A stretch of 63,685 bases of DNA, the filler included, from Chiloscyllium plagiosum (taxonomy: Eukaryota), in NCBI RefSeq assembly GCF_004010195.1. It is 4 parts of one record of this genome, joined end to end, with 100 filler letters (N's around TTAATTAATTAA, not from the genome) between each part and the next. Parts side by side here need not be neighbours in the genome. Positions count along the whole stretch, not along the records: positions 1 to 24,248 come from NC_057712.1; 3 more parts are not named here. One strand, 5' to 3'. The position numbers and the translations under genes were made by a program. The notes beneath the pieces are model-generated. The model had not been told where the DNA came from. It did no database searches and saw only the letters and a list, made by a program, of their open reading frames with translations. This document shows positions 12,542-23,886 of the stretch, one piece after another (positions within the stretch are counted from its first letter, which is position 1; each line of letters opens with the position of its first letter).

Positions 12542-13063
12542 TGTACTAGGTAACAGTTTAACCCAGACTACTGGTGAAGATGTTTTTATAATGGAAGGTT
12601 TGAAAGCATTATTTGTCATGAGCATGGTTCATTACCCAGAAGGAAAACACAGTGAAACTTGTGAATGATACATATTGGCCCAACATATATACTTTAGAAC
12701 AGCACTCCTGAATGACAGTACATTCAGTTCCAAGTATTACTGGTTTTTTTTCCCTTCTGAGTAGCCTAATACATACTTTGGACATTTGTGTCAGGTCTTT
12801 CAAACTGCCCACTTCCTATATGTTATGAAGTAGCTTTCCTTGGCATCTAAATTAGATGAGAGGAAAGGTTCTGTATTTAAATACTGGGAACATTGTAAGC
12901 AAATGAGCGAACACCACAAAATTCATTCTCTCATCACCAACCTCCTGTATTCCTGTTGTTTTAAACTAAAGCAGAGAATGTTCACAACACTTGCATTCAA
13001 ACTTACATTAACCAAGCTTCTGACTTTTCTGCTTGCTGACCTACATTGGTTGAAAATGCCTTG

Positions 13064-13168
13064 AATTAAAAATTCTTACCCTTTAGTCTTATAACCTTCG
13101 TTCCAAGTATTACTGTTTTTTTCCCTTCTACCAATTAAAAATTCTTACCCTTTAGTCTTATAACCTTC
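13064..13168 (+). repeat. 36-bp perfect direct repeat bracketing a 33-bp templated insert
   Basis: aattaaaaattcttaccctttagtcttataaccttc at 13064-13099 and 13133-13168. The insert matches 12727-12758. Confidence 0.93.
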
Positions 13169-13169
13169 T

Positions 13170-13465
13170 TCATCTTGTGCATCCACAGCTTTCTTCACCC
13201 TCCCTACCACCTCACTCTTGGCAGGTGTGCCTTCCATTATCTAGACCTTAAATTCGAGGATTCCATCTCAAATCCTCCCTTTATCTCTTTCCTCCCATGT
13301 GGCACTCTTTAAAGCCATACTCTTTCCTAAGTTCGTCACATTTTAGCTTCAAGTCACCTGTGCTGATGCCCCCTTGTTCATCTTAGAGACAGTTCTTGTC
13401 TCGTTATGCTCCTGTGAAGCACTCAGATAGTTTGCTAGTTTAAAATATACTAACTACAAGACGTG
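13170..13465 (+). mobile_element. Decayed L2 LINE 3' end
   Basis: ctctttaaagccatactcttt...gctcctgtgaagcactcagatagttttgctagtttaaaa resembles a vertebrate L2 tail. Confidence 0.55.
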
Positions 13466-13484
13466 GTCATATTACAACTTAATA

Positions 13485-14190
13485 CAACAGGAATGACTTA
13501 CAATTATATAGTGCATTTAACGTATGAAAACATTTCAAGATGCTTAACAGGAATACCATAAAACAAATAATGCTGCTCAAACACAAAGAGATATTAGGTT
13601 AGATACTAAAACCTGCTCAAAGAACTAGGATTTAAGGAGTGTGAGGATAGGAAGGTATAGAAAGAAACTTTCAGAACTGAGGGCCGAGAAAATTTACCGT
13701 ACCATCAACAAAGGTGGAACGGGGATTTTGAAGAGAGCTAAGTTTTAAGAATGCAGGTATCTTGGAAGGCTCTGTGGCTGCAGGAGAGAAAAAGGGGTGA
13801 GGTCATGGAGAAATTTGAAAACATGGCATTGCATAAATAAGGCAATAGGTGAAAGGAGAGTTTTAGCAGAAGAGCTGAGGCCAGTACACGATGGGGCAAT
13901 TTTATAGAGCTAGAAAAAGGTGGCTGTAGTGAAGGCATGAATACACAGGAGCTCATCTGGACATCAAATATGATACCAATGTTGACATCAATCTGCTTTT
14001 GTCTCAGACATTCGCCTGGCACCATATTGAGTTGTGGTTAAGTGAAATGCACGTGCATTGGGGCAAAAACAATGATTTTCAACTTTTCAATATTTTGTTG
14101 GAAGAATTTTCTCCTCTTTCAGTATTAGATACCAGAGCATTATAATTAAGCAAAACTGATGGAGTCACGAGAGGTTGTGGTGAGCTAGAA
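13485..14190 (-). mobile_element. Decayed L2 LINE 3' region, tail-to-tail with the previous copy
   Basis: acttacaattatatagtgcatttaacgtatgaaaacatttcaagatgcttaacagg is the reverse complement of an L2 tail, followed by a purine-rich antisense L2 body. Confidence 0.55.
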
Positions 14191-14199
14191 ATGAAACCT

Positions 14200-15100
14200 G
14201 TACTGCACTGCTCTCAGTGCCGAGTGGCGGTCAACTTGCAAGACATTTCCACTAACCAGCCTCATAAGTTCCCGCGCTGTTAAGTACAGTGTTTTATTTG
14301 ATAGCAGCAGGTATTAAGGACGTTAAGCACCACACATCGATTCAGATACATGAAAAGATTAAGTCCGGCATTACAGTTCGGGTACACGCTTCCCGAGGGC
14401 TGAACTTCGCCTATCGCCAGACAAGGAATTCATAAAATACCTTTTATAATGGAATAGAACCCGAATACTTATTGCAGTGTCCATTCTAAGTTGTGCTACA
14501 CAGAAATTTCAGCACATTAACTCAGGGCAAAAAAGGAGGAAAGGCTCTCAACTGTTAACAGCCACACGACAGAATGCAAAGGTAACAACAGATGGAGAAC
14601 ATGGCAAATGTTTAAAGTAGAAACCTTCAGAGAATACATTTGGAAAGAGTGCTTTCATTTTGACCCTAAGTCATGCATCAAGCGGCCGCTTCCATTTAAA
14701 GCTTGTGGGACGTTTGAAATTTAATGCATTTACCTGCTCGAATTCCTCTCACGGAAACAATTGGCAAATCGTTAGCAAAAGATCCCCCCGCATTCGCTGT
14801 ACTTTTCGTTAGCAGCGCCCGCCTATCTGTCGCTTTTGTGGCGTACACCTGACCTGGAGCCGAGCTGAATTTCCTCTGAGCGAGCACACGGCGGATCATC
14901 TTCACTCGAGCCGGTCTCCGCTTTATCTACTCATCTACTAAAGCCATCTATTTAAACAAAAGCTGCACATCTCCCCTTTCCCACCCACTCTCAACTCCCA
15001 TGCGAACTGTCCTGAACACGTGTCTGTACAATGTTACTGGCTACACATTCACTGGGAAAACAAGGATAATCAGCAATCCCTGTTCCTCATCAGCTCTGGC
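14200..15100. promoter_or_regulatory. CpG-rich unique island, putative promoter or enhancer
   Basis: Dense CpG (gcggccgc, gcgcccgcc, cacggcgg, ctcgagccgg) in non-repetitive DNA against a CpG-depleted background. On the minus strand, TTTAAATA (~14948-14955) and AGATAA lie upstream of a CAG|GTAAAT donor at 14734/14733. Confidence 0.6.
14734..14899 (-). CDS. Candidate first coding exon (MIRRVLAQRKFSSAPGQVY...VRGIRA, phase-1 donor), unidentified gene
   Basis: ATG in AAGATGA context, 55 open codons ending at CAG|GTAAAT inside the CpG island. No homolog recognised; could equally be UTR or lncRNA. Confidence 0.25.
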
Positions 15101-15289
15101 AGATTTAGATCCAGCCAAAAGATGTTCGATGATAAAAACGTTTTGAAATGGGGTACGTTGTTCAGGATGATTAAAGTTGTCTCCATGACTTGTAGATGAC
15201 AGTTCTTAAAGTGACAATTTGACTGCGTTTATATGTAATATGTGAAATATATTTTAGACAATGCAGACGCATCCATCTTCAGCCAAAAG

Positions 15290-16310
15290 ATCCCAGTAGA
15301 TAATCCATATGGGCTGCTCCTGAGCATCCAACATCACAAATGCAAGTCTTCAGTCAATTTGATCCAGTCCATATATCAAGATATTAGATGCAGCAAAGCT
15401 TATGGGGCATTGACAATATTCCAGCAGCAGTATTAAAGACTTCTGCACCAGAACTACTTGCCAAAAGTGGGAATATTTGCTGATGACTGTAAAATATTCA
15501 GCACCATTTGTGATTCTTCAGATACTGAAGCAGCCAGTGTACATGTGCAGAAAGATCTCGACAATATCTAAGCTTGAAGTAATAGGTGGCAAATAACATT
15601 CGAACCATGCAAATGCCAGGTGATGACCATCTCAAACTATGTCCTCTTGCTGTCCAATACTATCAGCATCACTAGATTACTTCATTATAAACATCCCGAC
15701 GGTTCCAATTTACCAGAACTTGAAGTAGACAACCATATAAATACTGTGGCTTGAAGACCAGGTCAGAGGCAAGTCTGTCGCAGCCTGATTCCTGGGAAGA
15801 CAGGATTGATGTATGAGGAGAAGGTAAAAACCTAGAAATCTCATAGAAATGTTTAAAATTCAAACAGGACTAGACAGGGTAGATAGAGGAATGACAGGAA
15901 GCCCAGAACCAGGTAGGTATGGTCAACCATTCAGGATTGTGATCAGGAGAAATGTCTTCATCCAGAGAGTGATGAGCCTGTGAAGTTTACTGCAACAGAA
16001 AGTTAAACCCAAAACATTATATGATTTCAAAGAGTTGGATATAGCACTTGGGGATGAAAGGATCAAGGGATATGGAATGGGGGACAGAGGGCAACAAACT
16101 GTTGAATTGGATCAGCCATGATTGTAATGAATGGTGGAGCAGGCTCAAAGGACTGAATGGCCTACTCCTGCTCCTATTTTCTATGTTTCTGTGTTAGTTA
16201 ACTTCATTTCTTGTTGACCATCTGCAAGGCATAACTCAGGGGTGGAATGGAATCCTCTCCATTTGAATGGCTGCAGCTCCAAGAACACTCAAGAACCTGA
16301 TAACATTGTT
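15290..16310 (+). mobile_element. LINE family B RT fragment interrupted by a CR1 3' fragment (~15785-16192)
   Basis: GIFADDCKIFSTI RT motif at ~15470. The CR1 tail ends ttctatgtttctgtg, then LINE B resumes. Confidence 0.75.
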
Positions 16311-16394
16311 GTGACTAATCCCAGGTAAGAATGTTCTATTTGTTATTACCCCAGGTAATGAGACGTGAGCTATATTACCTTCTTTATTTAAAGA

Positions 16395-16563
16395 TGGGGT
16401 GGATAAAGTTAATAATCATACAATACCAGACTATAGTCCAACAGATTTATTTGGAAGCACTAGCTTTTGGACCGCTGCTCCTCATGATAAAGGAACAGGG
16501 CTCCAAAAACTAGTGCTTCCAAATAAACCTGTTTAACCATAACATGGCATTGTGTGATTATTA
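16395..16563. mobile_element. Palindromic PLE-tail element with decayed hammerhead motif
   Basis: Arms tttatttggaagcactag / ctagtgcttccaaataaa. tctttatttaa is duplicated at 16381-16391 and 16564-16574. Same family as 60120-60190. Confidence 0.75.
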
Positions 16564-16819
16564 TCTTTATTTAAGTATTCCCTCAGTCACAACAAGGGTA
16601 ATTTTTTTAAAAACATGATTCCTTCCCTCATGGATCACTTTTTACAGCCCCCTTCATAGTATATTTCAACAGGGAGGAACTGCGCAGTTGTTTGAACTGC
16701 CTTGGGTTATTGATATTCAGAGTTAACTCAAGGGATCTGGGAAAATGGGAATGAAAGCCACAAGTTACCAGTCGAGGATATCACATGTTGTATCAGGCAG
16801 TTAATTCTGATGAACTAGA

Positions 16820-16945
16820 AGTCCTGAAGAAAGGTCACTGGACCTGAAATGTTGATTCTGATTTCTCTCCACACAGATACTGTCAGAGCTGTTGAGTTTT
16901 TTCAGCCATTTCTGTTTTTGTTTCATATCTCCAACATCCATAATT
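16820..16945 (+). ncRNA. PLE 3' tail with an intact-core minimal hammerhead ribozyme (16824-16853)
   Basis: CTGAAGA-a-AGGTC actg GACCT-GAAA-TGTT, followed by the tail also seen after the GIY-YIG stop at 37315-37410. Confidence 0.7.
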
Positions 16946-16999
16946 CTTAGTTTCATTTTAGTGCCCGACTTCTTCAAACTATTCTCAGAAGTGAAATTT

Positions 17000-17255
17000 C
17001 TCATTCCAGGAAACATTCCTATAAATTGCTTCCACACTCTCTCCCAATGCATTCACTGCTTTCCTACAATGTGGCATCTATGTCTGTGCACAATATTTCA
17101 GAAATAACAAGCGTCTTCAACAAGGTTAGTATCACTTCCTTGCTCTTGTACTCCTGTTAATAAGCCCCTGTTATTAAAGCCGACAATACTGTATGCTTTA
17201 TTAGTTGTTCTTTCCACCTGTAGTGCCACCTTCAATGATCTGTGCAAACATACAT
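17000..17255 (-). mobile_element. Old CR1 ORF2 fragment
   Basis: Minus reading HRSLKVALQVER..KAYSIVGF.NRG. Confidence 0.7.
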
Positions 17256-18889
17256 TCAAGTCATAGAGATGTACAGCACAGAAACAGACCCTGTGGTCCA
17301 ACTCGACAACGCCGACCAGATATCCTAACCTAATCTAGTCCCACTTGCCAGCACTTGGCCCATATCCTTCCTATTCATATACCCATCCAGATGCCTTTTG
17401 AATGCTGTAGTTGTACCAGCCTCCACCACATCCTCTGGCAGCTCATTCCATTCACACCTCATCCTCTGTGTGAATAGGTTGCCCCTTAGGTCCTTTTAAA
17501 TCTTTCCCCTCTCACCCTCAATCAATGCCCTCTAGTTCTGGACTCCCCCATGCTATCTATTTCTCCTATCCATGCTCCTCATTCTTTTATAAATTTCTAT
17601 AAGATTACCCCCTCAGCCTTCGACACTCTAGGGAAAGAAGCCCAGCCTATTCAGCATCTCCTGATAGCTCAAATCCTCTAACCCTGGCAACATCCTTGTA
17701 AATCTTTTCTGAACCCTTTCAAGTTTCACAACATCCTTCCGATAGAGAAGAGACCAGAATTCTACGCAATATTCCAACAGTGGCCTAACTAATGTGCTGT
17801 AGTTAGTTAGCTGCAACATGACCTCCCAACTCCTATACTCAATGCTCTGACCAATAAAGGAAAGCATACCAAACGTCTTCTTCACTATCCTATCTACCTG
17901 CGACTCCACTTTCAAGGAGCTATGAACCTGAACTCCAAGGTCTCTTTGTTCAGCCACACTCCCTAGGATCTTACCATTAAGTGTATGAGTCCTGCTAAGA
18001 TTTGCTTTCCCAAAATGCAGCACCTCGCATTTATCTGAATTAAACTCCATCTGCCACTTTTCAGCCCTTTGGCCCATCTGATCAAGATCCCATTATAACC
18101 TGAGGTAACCTTCTTCACTGTGCACTACACCTCCAATTTAGGTGTCATCTGCAAAGTTATTAACTATACCTCTTATGTTCACATCCAAATCATTTATATC
18201 AATGACAAAAGGCAGTGGAGCCAGCACCAATCCTTGTGGCACTCCACTGGTCACAGGCCTCCAGTCTGAAAAACAACCGTCCACCACCACCCTCTGTCTT
18301 CTACCTTTGAACCAATTCTGTATCCAAATAGCTAGTTCTCCCTGTATTCCATAAGATCTAACCTTGCTAACCGGTCTCCCATGGGGAACCTTGTCGAACG
18401 CCTAACTGAAATCCATATAGATCACATCTACTGCTCTGCCATCATCAATCCTCTTTGATACTTCTTCAAAAAACTCAATCAAGTTTGTGAGACATGATTT
18501 CCCACAAAGCCATGTTGACTATCCCTAATCCGTCCTTGCCTTTCGAAATGCATGTAATCCTGTTCCTCAGGATTCCCTCCAACAACTTGCCCACCACTGA
18601 TGTCAGGCTCACTGGTCTATAGCTCCCTGACTTGTCCTTACCACCTTTCTTAAATAGCGGTACCACGTTAGCCAACCTCCAGCCTTGCGGCACCTTACCT
18701 GTGACTATCGATGATACAAATATCTCAGGGGCTCAAGAATCACTTCCCTAGCTTCCTGCAGAGTTCTAGGGTACACCTGATAAGGTCCTGTGGATTTATT
18801 CACTTTTTTGCACTTCAAGTCAGCTAGCACCACCACCTCTGTAATATGGACATTTTTCAAGATGTCACCATCTATTTCCACACATATAA

Positions 18890-19050
18890 TGGCATAGTGT
18901 CCAGCACTGCTACCTTAGAGGGCCAGGGCTCTAGGTTCAATTCCAGCCTCAGGTGATTGTCTGTGTGGAGTTTGCACATTCTCACCATATCAGCATGAGT
19001 TTGCTTTGGTTTCTCCCCACAACTCACGGATGTGCAGGTTGGCCATGCTA
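18890..19050 (+). mobile_element. HE1-type V-SINE, partial
   Basis: tRNA-like head (ggttcaattcc) plus V-domain tgtctgtgtggagtttgcacattctc. Confidence 0.8.
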
Positions 19051-19099
19051 AGCGTAAAGATTTAGAATACTTCCACCAATAAATTCATTTAACATTTTG

Positions 19100-19410
19100 G
19101 GGTGACACGTTGGCACAGTGATTAGCACTGCTGCCTCACAGTGCCAGGTACCCAGGTTCAATTCCAGTCTCGGGCAACTGTCTGTGTGGAGATTGCACAT
19201 TCTCCCCGTGTCTGCGTGGGTTTCCTCCGGGTGCTCCGGTTTCCTCCCACAGTCCAAAGATGAGTGGGTCAGGTGAATTAGCCATGCTAAATTGCCCGTA
19301 GTGTTAGGGGTGTGTTTGTCAGAGGAAAATGGGTCTGGGTGGATTACTCTTCGGAGGGTCGACGTGAACTTGTTGGCTGGAAGGGCCTGTTTCCACTAAT
19401 CTAATCTAAA
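19100..19410 (+). mobile_element. HE1-type V-SINE, full length
   Basis: A/B boxes, V-domain gtgtctgcgtgggtttcctccgggtgctccggtttcctcccacagtccaaaga, CR1-derived tail, (ctaat)n end. Confidence 0.92.
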
Positions 19411-19518
19411 AAATTCTATACCTTCCATATCCTTCTCCAGAGTAAACACTGATGCAAAATACTCATTTAGTATCTCCTCCAGCTCCACACATAGGTTGCT
19501 TTGCTGATCTTTGAAGGG

Positions 19519-19736
19519 TTGGAGTGTGGAGCTGGAAAAGCACAGCAGGTGAGGCAGCATCCAAGGAGAAGGATGAATCGACATTTTGGGCATAAGCCCG
19601 TCATCAGGAATGTGGGCTTATGACTGAAACATCGATTCTCCTGCTCCTTGGATGCTGCCTCACCTGCTGTGCTTTTCCAGCACCACACTCTCAACTCTCT
19701 GATCTCTAGCATTTGCAGTCCACACTTTCTCCTAGT
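19519..19736. mobile_element. Palindromic PLE-tail element with hammerhead motif, inserted in CR1
   Basis: Arms ctggaaaagcacagcaggtgaggcagcatccaaggag / ctccttggatgctgcctcacctgctgtgcttttccag. TSD tgatctttgaRggg at 19505-19518 and 19737-19750. Minus strand CTGATGA-c-GGGC ttat GCCC-AAAATGTC. Confidence 0.9.
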
Positions 19737-22689
19737 TGATCTTTGAGGGGCCCTATTCTGTCCCTAGTTACCCTTTTGTCCTTAATATATTTATAAAATC
19801 CCTTTGGATTCTCCTTAACCCTATTTGCCAAAGCTATCTCATGTTCTTTTTTTTGCCCTCCTGATTTCCCTCTTAAGTATACTCCTACTACCTTTACGCT
19901 CTTCTAAGGATCCACTCGATCTCTCCTGTCTGTACCTGACATGTGCTTCCTTTTTTTCTTAATCAAACCCTCAATTTCTCTTGTCATCCAGCCTTTCCTT
20001 TCACCCTAACAGGAATATACGGTCTCTGGACTCTCATTATCTCACTTTTGAAGGCTTCCCATTTTCCAGCCGTACCTTTACCCTGCAAACATCTGCCCCC
20101 AATTAGCTTTTAAGTTCTAGCCTAATACCGTCAAAATTAGCCTTCTTCCAATTTAGAACTTCAACGTTTAGATCTGATCCATCCTTTTCCATCAATATTT
20201 TTAAAATAGTAGAATTATGGTTGCTGTCTTCAAAGTGCTCCCCATTGACACCTCAGTCACCTACCCTGCCTAATTTCCCAAGAGTAGTTCAGATTTTGCA
20301 TCTTCTCTTGTAGGTACATCCACACACTGAATCAGAAAATCTTCTTATACACTCTTAACAAGTTCCTCTCCAATACAGCAGTCCCAGTCTATGTTTGGAA
20401 AGTTAAAATCCCCTACTATAACCACCCTATTATTCATACAGATAACTGAGATCTCCTTACAAATCTGTTTCTCAATTTCCCTCTGACTATAAATGGGTCT
20501 ATAATACAATCCCAATAAGGTGATCATCCTTTCTTATTTCTCAGTTCAACCCAAATAACTTCCCTGGATGTATTTCCGGGAATATTCTCCCTCAGCACAG
20601 CTGTAATGCTATCCCTTATCAAAAACGTCACACCCCCTCCTCTCTTGCCTCCCTTTCTGTCCTTCCTGTAACATTTGTATCCTGAAACATGAAGCTGCCA
20701 GTCCAGCCCATCCTTGAGCCATGTTTCTGTAATTGCTATGATATTCCAGTCCCATGTTTGTAACCATGCCCTGAGTTCATCTGCCTTTCCTGTTAGGCCC
20801 CATCTATTGAAATAAATGCAGTTTAATTTATCAGTCTTACCTTGTTCTCTGCTTTGTCCCTGCCTGCCCTGACTGTTTGACTGGCTCCTTTTCCCAACTG
20901 TACCAGTCTCAGATTGTTCTCTTTCTTCACTGTTTCCCTGGGTGCCACCCACCCGCCTTACTAGTTTAAATCCTCCTGAGCAACTCGAGCAAATCTCCCT
21001 GCTAGAGTCCCTTTCCCATTCAGGTGTAATCTGTCTTTCTTATACAGGTCACTTTTACCCCAGAAGAGATTCCAATGATTCAAAAATGTGAACCCTTCTC
21101 CCATACACCAGCTCCTCAGCCATGCATTCATCTGCTCTATCCTCCTATTCCTGCACTCACTAGCTTGTAGCACCGGGAGCAATCCAGATATTACTATCCT
21201 TTTCCTTTCCTATGCTATTAGTTCCAATGTGTACATTGACCTCCTGCTGGTCCCTCTCCCCTTTGAGAACATTCTGCACCGTCTCTGAGACACCCTTGAT
21301 CCTGGCACCAGGGAGGCAACACACCATTCTGATTTTTCGCTGTTGGCCGCAGAAATGTCAGTCTGTGCCTCTGACTAGAGAGTACCCTATCACAATTGAT
21401 TGCTTGGAACCCGACGTACCCCTCATTATATTAGAGCCTGTCTCAATACCGGTTTAAAATGTTCTATTGCTGAACTGCTGTTTAGAATCAAGTAACTTTG
21501 GAGAAAACAGCTAAGCAAAACTTTCGAGATGCTCAGAGCTAAGTTTTATTGCGCTAATACTGGGGAAATAAGTTTTATTGCCCTAATTACATGTTTCTTA
21601 AAAGTTCCTGAGAATCTGTTAAAGTTTCCAAATACAAATATTGTTATCTATGTGACAAAACCTAAAGGGGTGGGCTGTGTCCAAACCCCAGTGAGTCAAA
21701 TCCAATTCGTTGCAATCAGAGTTGAATGTTTACCATCAAATTATAGCTGTCAGTGTTCAGTTGCATCAACAGGAAATCCTGTGGATACAAGAAATCATCA
21801 TATTTTATCTTTTGCTTCCAGACTACTAGCCCACAGGAGTTGTTTTTGCTTCCCTTTGTCATTTTTTTGTATTGTGTGGATGTTTCTGTGTACATTAACT
21901 GGAAATTGTTTTAATTCCAGATCGTAGCTCAGCAGTTAACAGATTTTGCCAACATGCTTTGTTCATGAGAAATGGATAATTTTTAATCAATTAAAGAGGC
22001 CTGGTGGACACTTCTTTTCTGGATAATAGGCAAAAGGGAATCAACTAGCCATCTTGGTAATTGAATCAACAGGTTAATCTTAATGGTGGAACTGGTATAA
22101 TAGTGGGACTTGATTATCAATGCATTCTTCCTGTTATGGTTTTTGTTAAGCAAGACAATTATGCTTCCATTAAAATTTTTAGCTTTGAATGACCTCAAAA
22201 CATTGAAATCTAAATTGTTAGAGACTTCTTGATGATATTAAGCAATGGATACTAATTTTAGTTTAACGTAGCAGCAGCTGATCAAGTCACTGCAAAACAC
22301 TAAACTCTAAATTAGGTCACAATACATCAAGAGTTCAAAATGATTAAAAGAATGATTTTGTTTCTTACTTTATTAATATTACAACTCTCCCCCAATTCCA
22401 AGGAGAAAATATTTCTGCAAAAAGCAGATTATTATGGATTCTGATAACAGAAATGAAAACAGAAAATATCAGAAACACTTGGGGACCAGCTGTGGAATGA
22501 GAAACAGAGTTGATGGACCAGATTTTTAATCACAAGCAGGGTGAGGTGAAACAAGTGCAGATATGTGGGCTTTGAAAATCGCGTTCCAGGGTACCCAATG
22601 ATTGTTAAGGGGCAGGTGTAGAGCAAAATTAAGATCTTGGAATTACATCGATCAGAACCTGAACTCAACTAGCCTGGACATAACACAAG

Positions 22690-23030
22690 TCAGGAGAATG
22701 TTGGAATATTCTCCACAGGTCTGAATGAATGCACCTTCAACAACATTCAAAAAGCTCGACATCATCCAGGACAAAGTTTAATTGGCATCTTATTAGCACC
22801 CTCAACATTTATTTCTTCCACCGCCAGCACACAGTGATACTAATGTGTACCACCTACAAGGTGCACTGCAGCAATTTGTAGAGGTTCTTCGGCCAACACC
22901 TTCCAAACCTGTGATATCTGTCACCTAAAAAGTGGAGGGTAACAGAGTACAGTAACACCACCTGCTGCAAATTTCCCTCCAAGCCATATACCATCCTGAC
23001 GTGAAAATATTTTGCTATTCCTTTCTGGTC
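22690..23030 (+). mobile_element. LINE family B 3' fragment
   Basis: KKLDIIQDK...FHRQHTVILMCTTYKVHCSN; reverse complement of 3570-3870. Confidence 0.75.
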
Positions 23031-23244
23031 TCATTTCCTTCTGTTTCTTGCCTCAAGGACTATAGCACAGATTTAAAGGAAATATTCTGCCTGTCTTCAA
23101 GATGAAACAGCAGTTTGTGCACTCTCTGCACTTGAATTTGTTTTTAGGAAAGCCAATATATTCTGAAAATTTTATAGTATTATATTGAAACGTCCTTCAA
23201 GAGTCTCACACTGGGCAGAATTTAATATTGTGACAAGTGCCTTG

Positions 23245-23750
23245 GGGATGGGATAGTCCAGTGCCATTATTGTTAGACTATTAATCCCTAGACAAAAAAC
23301 AGAAATTGCTGGACAAGCCTAGCAAGTTTGGCAATATCCAGGAGGAGAAATCAAATCAGAGCCAACACCATCCCCCCCCCCCACCTCCACCCCCGCCTCA
23401 GTTGAGGAAAGGTCACTCAACACAAAATGTCAACTCTGCTCCCCCTCCGCAGATGCTGCCAGACCTGCCGAGCCCATCCAGCAATTTCTGGTTTTGTCTC
23501 TGATTTACAGCATCTGCAGTTCTTTCAATTTTTATTTAGTATTAATCCAGAGACACAGGTAATGTTCTGGGGACCTGGGTTTGAATCTGGCCATGGCAAA
23601 TGATTGATATTGAATTTACTAAAGATCTGGAATTTAAAAATTGGAATGAAACCACTGTCAATTTTTGGAAAAGCCCACCTGATTTACTAATGTCCTTTAG
23701 GGAAGAAAACTGTTAACTGTTCTTCTCTCCATGTGACTCCAGATCTCAGA
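23245..23750 (+). mobile_element. SINE B interrupted by a palindromic PLE-tail element (23294-23539)
   Basis: Insert arms gacaaaaaacagaaattgctgga / tccagcaatttctggttttgtc. TSD tattaatccNNagac at 23279-23293 and 23540-23554. The SINE continues ggacctgggtttgaatc. Confidence 0.8.
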
Positions 23751-23886
23751 AATTAGGCATATAAATCACGAGGAGCAGTTCACAAAGGCTGAGGATATCA
23801 GTTTGATCATTGATCTTTCAAAATGTAACAATGATCATTCTCAGTGATACGAGTAGAAGATTTTCTGTTTCAGAAACATGATTCAC

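Larger units (their letters stand above)
17260..21452 (-). mobile_element. Long CR1/HER1 LINE (end of ORF1 esterase, APE, RT, 3' UTR), degenerate, with nested SINEs and a PLE palindrome
   Basis: Minus ORFs: LYKKDRLHLN (SGNH), IIAITETWL and VGDFNFPNIDW (APE), WRLANVVPLFKKG and YRPVSLTSVVGK, KWQMEFNSDKCEVLHFG. Tail catctctatgact at ~17260. Confidence 0.95.

Noticed and set aside
19100..19175. tRNA-like A/B boxes (also 27130-27205, 49193-49265 and 54045-54119)
   Set aside because: Heads of HE1 SINEs, not tRNA genes.
21529..21927. 132-aa plus-strand ORF in unique sequence
   Set aside because: No recognisable domain or convincing splice context; consistent with a chance ORF.
23306..23503. Polyproline ORF
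   Set aside because: A C-rich loop inside a palindromic PLE-tail insertion.
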